Positions 14,591-26,957 of a stretch of 64,000 bases of DNA are shown here, piece by piece. The position numbers were made by a program, and so were the translations under genes. The notes below the pieces were generated by a model, which ran no database searches, had not been told where the DNA came from, and saw only the letters and a list, made by a program, of their open reading frames with translations. How positions within the stretch are numbered: position 1 is the stretch's first letter; every line of letters begins with the position of its first letter. The stretch comes from Eledone cirrhosa (taxonomy: Eukaryota). The stretch spans positions 35,154,001-35,218,000 of the forward strand of contig OZ024755.1 in the NCBI GenBank assembly GCA_964016885.1, given 5' to 3'.

Positions 14591-14715
14591 CATCATCATC
14601 ATCATCATTTTACGTCCGCTTTTCCCTGCTTTCAAGGGTGGGACGGGTCTTATTCAGCACAGCATCTCTCCACTCGTTACGGTCCCTCGTCATCTCCACC
14701 GTGAGCTTCAATGAC

Positions 14716-14719
<4 letters not shown>
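14591..14719 (-). mobile_element. RTE LINE extreme 3' end
   Basis: Reverse complement of about 11590-11706. Confidence 0.85.
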
Positions 14720-14788
<69 letters not shown>

Positions 14789-15540
14789 ATATATATATAT
14801 ATGATAAGTGTCTTTTATGTTTGAAGTTTGCAACATCAAGTATCAATCATTCTGTTAATTCTGTTAACAGTAGAATCATTCTTTATTCTAACAACATGAG
14901 AAGTCTACTTTCCTCTTTTAGCTATATTAACAACTAATTATTGCTCTTTCCTGATATTCTATCTTTTTTATTCTAAGTCCTAATTCTTATAACAAATATT
15001 TTTTTTCATGTAATTAAAAAACATTGCAGATGCTTTCTGAAAGCGAAATCCAATTACAGTTTTATGAAGAATTAGGATGAGAATAATGGAAGGTAAATTC
15101 TTTCTTTTTTCTCTTGTCTTTTTACTATTTTGTTTAATTTCCTTCAAAAACAAGGTATGAAATATTTGTATTTCTTTATTTCTAAAAATGGTCAGATAGA
15201 AGAAATATCTGATGTCTTTCCCATGAGAAATCCCACTGATTTATGGCAACTATTTCAGACTGCTTCATTGTATACATGGTACTAAATTCTCTCTTGACAT
15301 TCTTAGTGTATTTTAATTAGATAGCTTCTAGTTTAAAGTAATTTTTCCTGGCTATTTGTCCAAATATATCACACCGAAACATTTCTCATCATTGTCCCAA
15401 CCCAGGTTCTTTTCCTTCTTCTTCCTCTAATTTAGCCGAGATTCTGTTTTCCTGTATCTGTGTAGCTTATACTTCAACTTCACAGCTCATACAATATATG
15501 GCAGAACGTTTTATTTCTATGAGAATGTAATAGTGTTAAA

Positions 15541-15955
15541 TAATTGTTTTTATTTTAGGCACAGGGCCAGCAATTTAAAGAGGATGGGAAAGTCAATTAA
15601 ATCGACCCCAGTGCATTACTGGTGCTTTATTTTACCGACCCCGTAAGAATGAAAGGCAAAGCTAACCTCGGCAGGATTTGAACTCAGAACGTAAAGGGCC
15701 ATAACTTTACCAATACTGCCAATCCACCTCCCTGATAGTAATAAGAATGGTTTCTTTTAATTAGATAGCAATTTCGTGGGAGGGAAAAGTCAATTAAATT
15801 GACTCCAGTGCGCGACTGGTACTTTAGTTTATCGACCCTGTAAGGATGAAAGGGAAAGTTACCCTCGGCGGGATTTGAACTCAGGTCATAAAGGGCCGTA
15901 ACTCTATACAGCAAAGCATGGTGTCCGACCCTCTACCAATACTGCCTAGTTCACT
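15541..15955 (-). mobile_element. Two tandem family A SINEs
   Basis: Two minus-strand copies of the central domain and head. Confidence 0.8.
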
Positions 15956-16040
15956 ATTAATGTGATCTATATATTAAAACCCTATTTAATTTAACTTACA
16001 CAAATTCCTATTATTTCAGAGTTATACCTGTTTGGCAAGT

Positions 16041-16499
16041 GACATGATATGAGACTGTGTGGTGACATCTCATAAATAAATGTATAGTAAATATAACAAT
16101 TTTTGTGTGTTCTTAAATAGCTAAACTAGCCTTTCCATTGAATGAACCACTTCAAGAATGGATTCACCTCAACCGATGTTGAAGATTACTGCTTCATTGT
16201 ATACATGGTACTAAATTCTCTCTTGACATTCTTAGTGTATTTTAATTAGATAGCTTCTAGTTTAAAGTAATTTTTCCTGGCTATTTGTCCAAATATATCA
16301 CACCGAAACATTTCTCATCATTGTCCCAACCCAGGTTCTTTTCTTTCTTGATATGATATGAGACTATGTGCTGACATCTCAAGAAATAAATGTATAGTGA
16401 ATATAACAATTTTTCTGTGTTCTTAAATGGCTAAACTAGCTTTTCCATTGAATGAACCACTTCAAGAATGGGTTCACCTCAACTGATGTTGAAGATTAC
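16041..16499. repeat. ~150-bp direct duplication enclosing a 162-bp copy of 15259-15420
   Basis: 16041-16189 resembles 16350-16499; 16188-16349 is almost identical to 15259-15420. Confidence 0.9.
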
Positions 16500-16814
16500 A
16501 CCTGAAGAGAAATGGATATTGTAAGATAAAAGCAGTATACACAGTTATGTTAGATAGATGTGTTGTTTTGATATTTGATGTCTATAAGAATTGACATCTA
16601 TGTCCTCAAGAATGTGAAATAGGAATGATTTACCTTTTTAAGATATGAAGAAAATATCAAATTTATAGGGAGAATGGATATTTGAAGATAAAGCTGCTGA
16701 ACACAGCTATACAAGGAAGAAGATTCTGTGGGGGAAAGCTGTAAGTTAATATTAGAATAGAATTATTACAATACTAATTTTCATCCTCCTTTAGTTTCAT
16801 CATAATTGACTATA

Positions 16815-17170
16815 TTATATTGCTATACTTTGGGAGGGTCATGCTGCCAATAAAAACACATGCACTTGTTGGTTTTCACTTCAATTTATTAAAAATGTCC
16901 GTTTGGTTGGTTCAATAACCAGATGGTTGTTTATATATTGTCAAAGCTCTTTCGTCACACATTCTGTGACCTCCTCAGTGACTGGTTTCTTATTTTGATA
17001 ATATATAAACAAGCATCCAATTATTGAACCAACAAACCAGAAATTTATAAAAAATTGAAATGAAAACCAACAGGTGCATGTGCTTTTATTGGCAACATGG
17101 CCCTCCCAAAGTATAACAATATCTGTTTCAACACACGTTTTCAGATAAGAAATCTTGCAAAACAAATTCA
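16815..17170. mobile_element. Penelope-like inverted pLTR with a degenerate hammerhead in the spacer
   Basis: Arms about 16815-16945 and 16993-17122. Minus strand GTCA-CTGAGGA-G-GTCACA..TGTGAC-GAAA-GAGCTT-TGAC. Relatives at about 14100-14320, 13740 and 30290. Confidence 0.55.
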
Positions 17171-17196
17171 ATAACTATGTTATATTAACTATATAT

Positions 17197-17600
17197 GGGC
17201 AGTGGATTGGCAGTATCGGTAGAGTATCGGACAGCATGTTTAGCAGCATAGAGTTACGGCCCTTTACATTCTGAGTTCAAATCCGTCCAAGGTTAATTTT
17301 GCTTTTCATCTTTACAGGGTTGATAAAATAAAGTACCAGTAATGCACTGGGTACTTGCTAGCCTTGTGCCTAAAGTAGAAACAATTATCAACAGTATTGG
17401 TAGAGCGTCAGACACCATGCTTTACAGCATAGAGTTACGGCCCTTTACATTCTGAGTTCAAATCTGTCCAAGGTTAAGTTTGCTCTCCATCTTTACGGGG
17501 TCGATAAAATAAAGTACCAGTAATGCACTGGGGTTATTTCATTGACCCCCCCCCAAAAAAAAAAATTGTCAGCCTTGTACCTAAAGCAGAAACCATTATA
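17197..17600 (+). mobile_element. Two tandem family A SINEs
   Basis: Head and central domain each occur twice. Confidence 0.8.
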
Positions 17601-18830
17601 ATGAACTATATTTAAAATGAAAATATTCAAATCGAAATAAAGATCTGTTTTTATTTAACAACTGTGGCAGATTATCATACATATATGCTTACGTAATACA
17701 CACACATAGACACACATATGTGTCTATGTATGTGTGTGTATGGTTGTCTACCTGTGTGTGTTCTTCTACTGATGTGAAATGATTATTGAGCTATTCAATA
17801 AATATAGATCATTAAAGTAAGTACGAGACTTAAGTATATTCTCATTACAAAGTTGATGTTCAGAACCTTTTGTATAAAAAGAGCCAGTGCAGTTTCAGGC
17901 AGTTTGGAATAAAAAAAGTTGATTTTGACTCCACTTTTCAATGAATTGCATCATGATAAAAAAACCAACAGTACCACATTGTCTCATTCCAATTCTTATT
18001 ATAACTCTTTGTCAGTATTAATTCTTGCTTCTTTTGAGAAGTAGCCAAATACTCATCAGATGTTTTCTACACCTGCGTTTAAGAAAACTTCTAAATTAAC
18101 AACTTTTACAATTGGATCCTTAAAAGAATATAATGCCGACACAGTTTTAGCCTATGTATAATCATCATCATCAATCATCATCATCACCGTTTTACGTACG
18201 TTCTTCCATGCTAGCATGGGTTAGACGGGTTGTCCAGTTGTGGGCAGTGTCCAGTCGGCTGACCTTGTCTTGCTCATACGGGAACTGATTCTGGCTTGAT
18301 TTCTACAGCTGGATGCTCTTCCTCACACCAACCTCATTTACAGTGAGTGCTGGGTGCTTTTTTTCCCGTGGCGCCTACACGTCCACTTTACAGTGTGGGC
18401 TGGGTGGTTTCTTTTGCCGTGGTTGGTGTTAGGAAGGACATCCAGCTGTAAAAGCACCGACCAAATTTACAGTCAGAGCAAGGTACAGCATGGACAATCC
18501 TGGCCAGGCAAGTCTCTTGATGCGGATGACCTACCTGACCCATGCAAGCATGGAAAAATGGACGTTAAACAATGATGATGATGATGATGATACCTTTATG
18601 ACAGGCATCTGCACAGTTTCTGTGTAGCAAATTCCACTCACTAGATAAGTTGAGACTATAGTAGTATACACACTTGCTCTAGTTACAACACTTGGAACCA
18701 AGTGCTTTCAAAGCGGACTCGTTAACCACACACACTTGCCTGCAAATATATATGTATGTATGTACATATGTGTTTGAGTGTGTATATGTAGTGTGTGTGT
18801 ATATGTATATGTGTGTATATATATATATAT

Positions 18831-19100
18831 GTAAAAGTTCTATTTAAATTGTTGGGATACAACAAGCAAATATTTTTATAACTCATATAAAGCACTCAAC
18901 AAGTATTTGGAGTAAGAATACGATATTAACAAATGGAAACTATATTTATAAAACCATATTTATTTCATTATACATATTTCAAGGACACCAAGTTAAATTA
19001 TGGTGTGCTTTCATCAGACAAAATATAATATAGATCAGTTTTATAAATAAATATTGACATACCCTAAAAAATGCAACCATTACTGTTGGAAGCTCCCGGA
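18831..19100 (-). mobile_element. Penelope-like pLTR remnant in (TA)n
   Basis: Inverted near-identical relative at 58570-58752; contains a hammerhead. Confidence 0.6.
18961..19025 (-). ncRNA. Minimal type I hammerhead ribozyme
   Basis: Reverse complement of 58588-58652. Confidence 0.7.
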
Positions 19101-19531
19101 TATATATATATATATGCGTGTGCAATAGTGTTTGAGTGTGTATATGTAGTGTGTGTGTGTGTATACATATATATATATATATATATATATGCGTGTGCAA
19201 TAGTGTTCCTAAAAGACAAAATATGGATGAAATGAAGGAAAAAGTAGACGGAAGAGGATCAGCCATATGTAGTGTGCAAGAGAGAATATTGAGCAGGAAT
19301 GACAGGCATCTGCACAGTTTCTGTGTACCAAATTCCACTCACTAGACAACTTGAGACTATATTATTGTAAACAATTTTCGGTGGATTGGCAGTATCGGTA
19401 GAGGGTTGGACGCCATGCTTTACAGCAGAGAGTTACGGCCCTTTATGATATGAACTTTGGAACCAAGTGCTCGTGAAGCGGGCTTTTTAACCACACACTC
19501 TTGCCTGCAGATATGTATGTAAGTATGTATG

Positions 19532-19608
<77 letters not shown>

Positions 19609-20303
19609 AGAGTGGGGTGTGTGTGTTTGTTTGTATGCATGTGTGTGTGTTGTATGTATGAGTGTCACTAAGTGAGTTTTTTTTTTTCATGTGCGGGGAC
19701 ATAGAAATAATTGGGCTGGATACCCGATTGCGCAGTTAAACCACTTGGAGTGAAGGACACCTAGCCCTTGTCAGGGCATTCTTCTAGGAGAAGGCAACTC
19801 AGGAAACTGTGTTAACTTCGATATAAAAGCTGCGGCTCAGTAGTTACCGATGATGTTGATCTTTTATTCTTTTCGTGTTATAGCTACTGTCGCTTGGAGA
19901 GTGAGATTGGCTCAGGGCACAGTCTTTCCTCACTTTAAAAAATATTCTTCACACACAGGCATTGAACGATTGCATGTATGTATGTATGGATGTACGTATG
20001 TATGTGTTTGAGTGTGTATATGTAGCATGTTTGTGTTTGTGTGTGTATGTGTGTGTCTGCATAATATATATATGCAAGTGGTGGAATTCTCATGTAAATG
20101 AAATTAAGATAAAGTAATCATATTGTATATTCTGATATGTTTAATTGTGTGATTTATATGTGCATAGTTAATGCAATATCATTAATGCAATAGTAGGTTA
20201 AACTGTACATGGCTAATTGATGTAATATAACTTATAAAGTAGTAGTAATGGTGATGGTAGTAGAAATAATAGAAGTAGCATTATTATTATTATTGGTCTA
20301 ATC

Positions 20304-20487
20304 GGTGGATTGGCAGTATCGTAGAGGGTCGGACGCCATGCTTTGACGCATAGAGTTACGGTCCTTGCCATTCTCAGTTCAAATCCCGCCGAGGTTAACT
20401 TTGCCTTTCATCCTTACGGCGTCGATAAAATATATACCAGTAATACACTGGGTAATTGCTGGCCTTGTGCCAAAAGTAGAAACAATT
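20304..20487 (+). mobile_element. Family A SINE with target-site duplication
   Basis: Flanked by TTATTGGTCTAATCGG direct repeats at about 20290-20305 and 20486-20501. Confidence 0.85.
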
Positions 20488-21173
20488 ATTGGTCTAATCG
20501 GACGTCTTTTTCTCGCTCCCAGTAAGTCGTTTTATTTGCCTGCTATAATTATTTGTTGTTAAATATTTCTTGTTGAGTAAGGGATATAAGCCCTTAGACT
20601 TTGCCCTGTGAAGGGGAAAGTATAATATTTGGCCTTTTTGTCCAAATATTTGAATATTTTACTTTAAAAATAAAAAATTATTTTAAAAAAAATATGGCTG
20701 AGCCATGACCCCCAGCAATATGTCTGCTGTCGTGTGACAATGGCGTAAAAGTTGAGAGGAGGGTTAGTGAAATTCATACAACAGACACCACCACAAACAA
20801 CGTGAACAAAAAGGCAACACTGAAAACACTAATTTTGAAAAAATTACCACACCAACTACAACATTAACAGCGTCAACCAAAATACAGACAACAGAAAAAA
20901 AATGACAACAAATGCAACAACGATATTAACACCACTAACAAGAAAATAAACAACGACAACACCAACAGCAACAATACAAATTGCACCAAAAACAACAACA
21001 ACGGTGGCACCGAAAACACAACCAACTACAACAGTGATAACAGCAACAACACCATTTGTAGCAGTAGCAACAGCAACAACAACAAGACCAGTAACAGCAG
21101 TAGTGGCAGCAATAATGGTGCCGCTGAAAAAGAAGCCACTTCTTTCGCAGGTGTGGCCTGAAATATAGAGACA

Positions 21174-22608
21174 GTGCTAGTCACGGAGGAGGAGATGGCA
21201 GTCGCAAGAGCCATGCTGACAAGAAACGACAATAGAATTTACCTGAAACCTCCACCCGATTTCTTCAAAGACCAGCAGCTGCGCACGGTGACTTACTGCA
21301 CAGTAAGCAAAATGTCACATCGGGTGGAGAGAGCCACGGAGGCTCAAATCCAAAAGGCCTTGGGTGCTTCTTGGCACACAAAAACCACATCACCCAAGGC
21401 AAAAAGTACGCCACAGTAGACGTACCTTTCACCATCCCCAAAGAGGCGAAGTCTCACTCTTTGGAAACCCTAAAGAGTGAGGAGATAATCTTGGTGCCCT
21501 CCTACCGCGGGCAAAAAATTGTGAGAATCAAAGTGACCCAGGTCCCGACCGACGTGCCCATACCTTGGCTGGCCACGTCTGTACTGGCTGGAATTGAGGA
21601 AAAGACCACCATACTGCAAATACAGAGAATGGGAAGAGAGAACTGGTCAGGAATAGGCATGCAAAGGCTAATACAGACTGACCAGGAGTGTATCAAGGCC
21701 ATCCCAGACATCATAGACCTCAAAGAAGGGCTCCAACTCCCCATAAGCATGGAAGTAAGGCACCCAAAGTGTTATCTCTGTGGGCAGAAGGGTCACCTCA
21801 GGGTCTTTTGCCCGCGGAAGACAGCCAAGAAGAAGGCACCCTTCCTTCCAACGTCTGATCCGCTGCTACCAAGAGCAGGGCAGGCAACAGAGGCAGAAGA
21901 CCCTTCCATGGTGAGTAGGAAAGCAACGTCCGTGGCACCCATACCAAGGCCACGGACAACTAAAGCAGCGGCAGCAGTGGCGGCAACACCAACAGTTGCA
22001 GTAGCCACACCGGCGGCGTAGAGTGTCCGACATGGAGTGTGAGGCGGGAGGGAAATGGCAAACGGTCTGCTACAAAAAACAAAAAAGGAAAAACCCCTTG
22101 GCTTCACCCTCCAAAAGTGAAGGCAGACAAAGAGGGGTAAAGGCTGCAACGAGACTTGTAGCAGCACCATCACCATCAACACACAAGCATCACCACCAAC
22201 AACAACCACACCACCAGTATCACCAAAAACACCAACATCGCAAACACAACAAAAGACACACACCCAACAGCAACAGAAAACAGCAACTAAATCACCCCTC
22301 CCCCCCAAAAAGTACACAACCATAAACATGGCAAATAAAGAACTCCTACAACATATAAAGCAGCACACAGACATCACAGAAAAAAAATACTACACCCCAC
22401 CAACTCCAAAAACTCTCCCAACAAACAAAAACATCATTGAAATCAAAATAGAACATTACAAACTTTTAAAACAAAAATTCCCCAACGCAGTTGGAGACTT
22501 CAGAGGGTCGGTTACCAAGAGGATATACACCGACATCCTCTTGGAAACACCCATGACCAGCCAAAGGGACGGTGCTACTGTCCCTTCACCACACGATCAA
22601 GGTAAGTG
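21174..22608 (+). pseudogene. LINE ORF1 (gag-like), frameshifted, with CCHC zinc knuckle
   Basis: CYLCGQKGHLRVFC (CX2CX4HX4C) at about 21770-21811; split across several ORFs. Confidence 0.75.
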
Positions 22609-22641
22609 ATTCTTTCTCACTTACCCCGTTTCTCATCCAAC

Positions 22642-23290
22642 ATGGCCGTACTTAGAATAGGCAGTATAAATGTACGTGGCCTGGGGTCATCTTGGAAGCA
22701 GGGTCACCTGCTCAACGACCTCAGGTCACTAAACATGGATGTGGTGGCCATCAGTGAGACCAGAATCTCCAAAGCACGAGCCTTCGCACCGATCTTCGGC
22801 AGCTACGATGTATACGCATCTCCCAGCCGTCCAGGATCGGGGGGAGAAGTTGCTGTGCTTTTTCGGAGAGGCTTGGATCTTGCTATACGGGCCATCTTCT
22901 TCCTTGACCCAGAAGGTAAGTTGGTGGTGCTGGACGTGACCGGCAGCGAAGGCAATCCTTTCAGGCTAGTAGCCATCTATGCCCCAACAGGGGCAGGACG
23001 GCCAGATTTCTTCAGACGTCTAGAAACCTTTCTTCGAACGTCCCAGTCTTTAGTGTTAGTGGGCGACTGGAACGGTATCTTAGATGCACGCTGGGATTAT
23101 GTGGGGTTAGTAGACATGGCAGGAGGGTGTAAAAGCCTCAACAACCTGCTCAGACATTTTGAACTGTCTGACATGTATAGACTGGATTATCCGAATGTGC
23201 CAATGTGGACATGGGCAAACCGCATCGGGTCATCGAGATCGTATTTAGATAGGGTATTCTGTAGGGAAACAGATAAGGCTAGTGTAGCAA
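22642..23290 (+). pseudogene. LINE ORF2 N-terminal apurinic-like endonuclease, truncated
   Basis: Motifs SINVRGL, VAISET, AIYAP, LVGDWN, WTW and SYLDRVF; no RT domain follows. Confidence 0.85.
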
Positions 23291-23928
23291 CAGCAATCAT
23301 AGTAGTAGTAGTAGTATCAGCAGTAGTAGTAGTAGTAGTAGCAATAACAGCAGTAGTAGTATCAGTAGTAGCAGTAGTAGTAGTATCAGTAGTAGCAGTA
23401 GTAGTATCAGTAGCAGTAGTAGTAGTATCAGTAGTAGTATCAGTAGTAGTAGTATCAGCAGTAGTAGTAGTAGTAGTAGCAATAACAGCAGTAGTAGTAT
23501 CAGTAGTAGCAGTAGTAGTATCAGTAGCAGTAGTAGTAGTAGTAGTATCAGTAGTAGTATCAGTAGTAGTAATAGTAGTAGTAGTATCAGTAGTAGTAGT
23601 AGTAATAGTATCAGTAGTAGTAGTAGTAGTAGTAGTAGCAGCAGTAGTAGTATCAGTAGTAGTAATAGTAGTAATAGTATCAGTAGTAGTAGTAGTAGTG
23701 GCAGTAGTAGTAGTATCAGTAGTAGTAATAGTATCAGTAGTAGTAGTAGTATCAGTAGTAGTAGTAGTAGTAGTAGTAGTATCAGTAGTAGTAGTAGTAG
23801 TAGTAGCAGTAGCAGCAGTAGCAGTAGCATCAGTAGTAGTAGTAGTAGTAATAGTATCAGTAGTAGTAGTAGTGGCAGTAGTAGTAGTATCAGTAGTAGT
23901 AATAGTAGTAGTATCAGTAGTAGTAGTA
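23291..23928. repeat. (GTA)n trinucleotide tract with TCA/GCA variants
   Basis: Direct reading; source of the poly-V and poly-L ORFs. Confidence 0.95.
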
Positions 23929-24004
23929 AACTAAACACAAAAGACTGCTGTATAATGTCATGTTTCTCATTATGCTATATATTTCTGCTTTTAATATTCC
24001 TTAC

Positions 24005-24150
24005 TTCCTTTCTTTCTTTCTTTCTTTAATTATATATTTTTCTTTCTTTCTTTCCTTCTTTCTTTCTCTCTTTCCTTCCTTCTTTCTTTCTCTCTTTCCT
24101 TCCTTCTTCGTTTTTCTCTTTCTTTCTTTCTCTCCTTCCCTCCTTCTTCC
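24005..24150. repeat. (TTTC)n/(TTCC)n polypyrimidine tract
   Basis: Direct reading. Confidence 0.9.
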
Positions 24151-24361
24151 TTTATGTTTACATTTATCTATTCAAGTATTATCAATTTTGAAAATGGCCC
24201 CAAGTAAAATGTAGTCAACTGACATATTTTAGCATAGAAAAATGTTTAAACTAAAAAGAGAATTGAAAAGTGTGGAGCATAAAAGAAAGCAATTATGGAA
24301 TATTTGACACAGTAGAGAACCTATGAAGGGGTCAGTAGTTCAAACTCTGTTACCAGTGGAA

Positions 24362-24661
24362 GTAGAAGGTACTCCGTCACTTACGATGGCTGTTCCATTT
24401 GGTCCGATCAACCGAACAGCCTGAGCATTCCACAGACACATGTACCTTTAACGTAGTTCTCAGAGAGATTCAGCATGACCACAGAATGTGACAAGGCTGA
24501 GCCTTCGAATTACAGGTACAACTCATTTTTGCCATGTGAGTGGACTGGTGGAGCAACGTGAAATAAAGTGCCTTGCTCAAGGACACAATGCACCACTGGA
24601 AATCGAACTCACAATTTTACGACAGTGAGTCAAATTCCCTAACCACAAAGCTACACGCCTT
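24362..24661 (-). mobile_element. CORE-type tRNA SINE with a different tail
   Basis: GAGCAACGTGAAATAAAGTGCCTTGCTCAAGGACAC core and a tRNA-like head on the minus strand. Confidence 0.7.
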
Positions 24662-25410
24662 CTGTTACCAATACTATATGATATGATATATATCACACTC
24701 TGTAGTTATATAGATATATTATGATATGGTCTGTTACCAATACTATATGATATATATATATATATATCACACACTCTGTGGTTATATAGATATAATGTTA
24801 TGATATGGTCTGTTACCAATACTATATATATATATATATCACACACTCTGTGGTTATATAGATATAATTGTTATATATCACACACACTGTGGTTATATAG
24901 ATATAATGTTATGATATGGTCTGTTACCAATACTATATGATATATATATATATCACACACTCTGTGGTTATATAGATATAATGTTATGATATGGTCTGTT
25001 ACCAATACTATATGATATATATATATATTACACACTCTGTGGTTATATAGATATAATGTTATGATATGGTCTGTTACCAATAATATATTATATATATCAC
25101 ACACTCTGTGGTTATATAGATATAATGTTATGATATGGTCTGTTGCCAATACTATATGATATATATATATCATATAGTATTGGTAACAGACTATAATGTG
25201 ACATTTATATAACTACAGAGTGTGTGATATATATCATATAGTATTGGTAACAGACCATATCATAATGTGATATCTATAAAACTACAGAGTGTGTGATATA
25301 TATCATATCATATAGTATTGGTAACAGACCATATCATAACATTATATCTATATAACCACAGAGTGTGTGATATATATATATCACACACTCTGTGGTTATA
25401 TAGATATAAT
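24660..25410. repeat. ~70-75-bp minisatellite with an internal inverted block
   Basis: Unit CACACACTCTGTGGTTATATAGATATAATGTTATGATATGGTCTGTTACCAATACTATATGA(TA)n; orientation flips at about 25165 and 25375. Confidence 0.9.
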
Positions 25411-25592
25411 TGCTTCTACTTTTGGCACAAGGCCACCAAATACCCAGTACATTACTGGTACTTTATTTTATCGACCCCGTAAGGATGAAAGGCAAAGTTA
25501 ACCTCGGCGGGATTTGAACTCAGACCACAAAGGGACGTAATTATGCTGGAAAGCATGGCGTCCGACCCTCTACTGATACTGCCAATCCACCA
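25408..25592 (-). mobile_element. Family A SINE
   Basis: Full-length minus-strand copy. Confidence 0.85.
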
Positions 25593-25669
25593 ATTATGGT
25601 GGATTGACAGTATCGGTAGTTATATAGATATAATAATGAGTTATATAGATATAATGTTATGATATGGGG

Positions 25670-25834
25670 CAGTGCTGGATTTACCTGTGTGCTTAGGTTT
25701 GATGAAGCATAGAGCCCTGTTGGCCAGAGGAGAGCATCTTCCTGCCAAAAATTGTTTTATGATGAATTTTTCAAATGTTTGGAGCCTCATAACTTAACTA
25801 GCACAGGGTTTCATTCGTCCTAAATCCAGTACTG
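25670..25834. mobile_element. hAT-type MITE
   Basis: TIR CAGT(G/A)CTGGATTTA, 13/14 match; 8-bp TSD ATATGGGG/ATATGGTG. Confidence 0.8.
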
Positions 25835-26019
25835 ATATGGTGTGTCCATAGCTAAGATACTAACCCTTCAACAGTTGATTTTACCTTACAAGAAGTGATA
25901 TATTTCACTGATGTTAGTATCACCATCACCGGTACAGTAACACTGTAATATGTTTGTGTAGTTTACTCATTCATAAATCTGAGTTCAACTCCACTCACGT
26001 GGGATGTGTTCTTCTTTAA

Positions 26020-26957
26020 CCCTTTAGCATTTACATTACTCTATAGTTACAATTGTATTTTTATGGTAAAGGCTTTACCTCACATAATTATCTCTCATAA
26101 TGTTTAATCTATAAGATTTTGATGTTATTTGTTTTGAGAACAATACCATAACATCAGTATGAGAGGCCTGTTACAGCCAGTTTGAACAGAAAGAGGTGAG
26201 AGAATTCATCATCATCATCATCACTGTTTAATGTCCATTTTTCCACATTGGCATGGGTTAGACAAGTTATCCTGTTGTGTGCAAAGCCAGGTCAGATGTC
26301 CATGCCATGCTCATACAGAACTGATTTTGGCTTGGTTTCTACAGCTGGATGCCCTTCCTAGCACCAACCTCATTTACAGTGAGTACTGGATGTTTTTTGT
26401 CATGACACCTACACAACCACTTTACAGTGTGGACTGGGTGCTTTTTGTCCTGACACCTACACAACCACTTTACAGTGTGAACTGGGTGCTTTTTGTCCTG
26501 ACACCTACACAACCACTTTACAGTGTGGACTGGGTGATTTTTGTCCTGACACCTACACAACCACTTTACAGTGTGGACTGGGTGATTTTTGTCCTGACAC
26601 CTACAAAACCACTTTACAGTGTGGACTGGGTGCTTTTTGTCCTGACACCTACACAACCACTTTACAGTGTGAACTGGGTGCTTTTTGTCCTGATACCTAC
26701 ACAACCACTTTACAGTGTGGACTGGGTGATTTTTGTCCTGACACCTACACAACCACTTTACAGTGTGGGCTGGGTGCTTTTTGTCCTGACACCTACACAA
26801 CCACTTTACAGTGTGGACTGGGTGCTTTTTGTCCTGACACCTACACAACCACTTTACAGTGTGGACTGGGTGATTTTTGTCCTGACACCTACACAACCAC
26901 TTTACAGTGTGGACTGGGTGCTTTTTGTCGGATATGGCCAGTTTAATTGCTAAAGGG
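26020..26957 (-). mobile_element. piggyBac-type MITE interrupted by an RTE 3'-UTR insertion
   Basis: TTAA|CCCTTTAGCATTTAC...GCTAAAGGG|TTAA; insertion at about 26207-26928. Confidence 0.8.
26372..26929. repeat. 48-bp minisatellite expanded from an RTE 3'-UTR/SINE internal repeat
   Basis: Unit TGACACCTACACAACCACTTTACAGTGTGGACTGGGTGCTTTTTGTCC, about 11 copies. Confidence 0.9.

Larger units (their letters stand above)
20502..23290 (+). mobile_element. Tx1/L1-like LINE, 5' part only (ORF1 and APE endonuclease)
   Basis: Disrupted gag-like ORF1 followed by the ORF2 endonuclease; sequence ends in (GTA)n. The 5' boundary is approximate. Confidence 0.75.

Noticed and set aside
18025-18065. Minus-strand CTGATGA as a hammerhead
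   Set aside because: No GAAA follows the putative stem II and stem I does not pair.
22606-23938. 442-aa ORF with poly-Val tail and antisense poly-Leu ORF as membrane proteins
   Set aside because: A LINE endonuclease reads through into a (GTA)n tract; the tail is a repeat artefact.
26231-26953. 240-aa repeat protein (LTPTQPLYSVDWVLFV)n
   Set aside because: The 48-bp unit is a multiple of three and derives from a retroelement 3' UTR.
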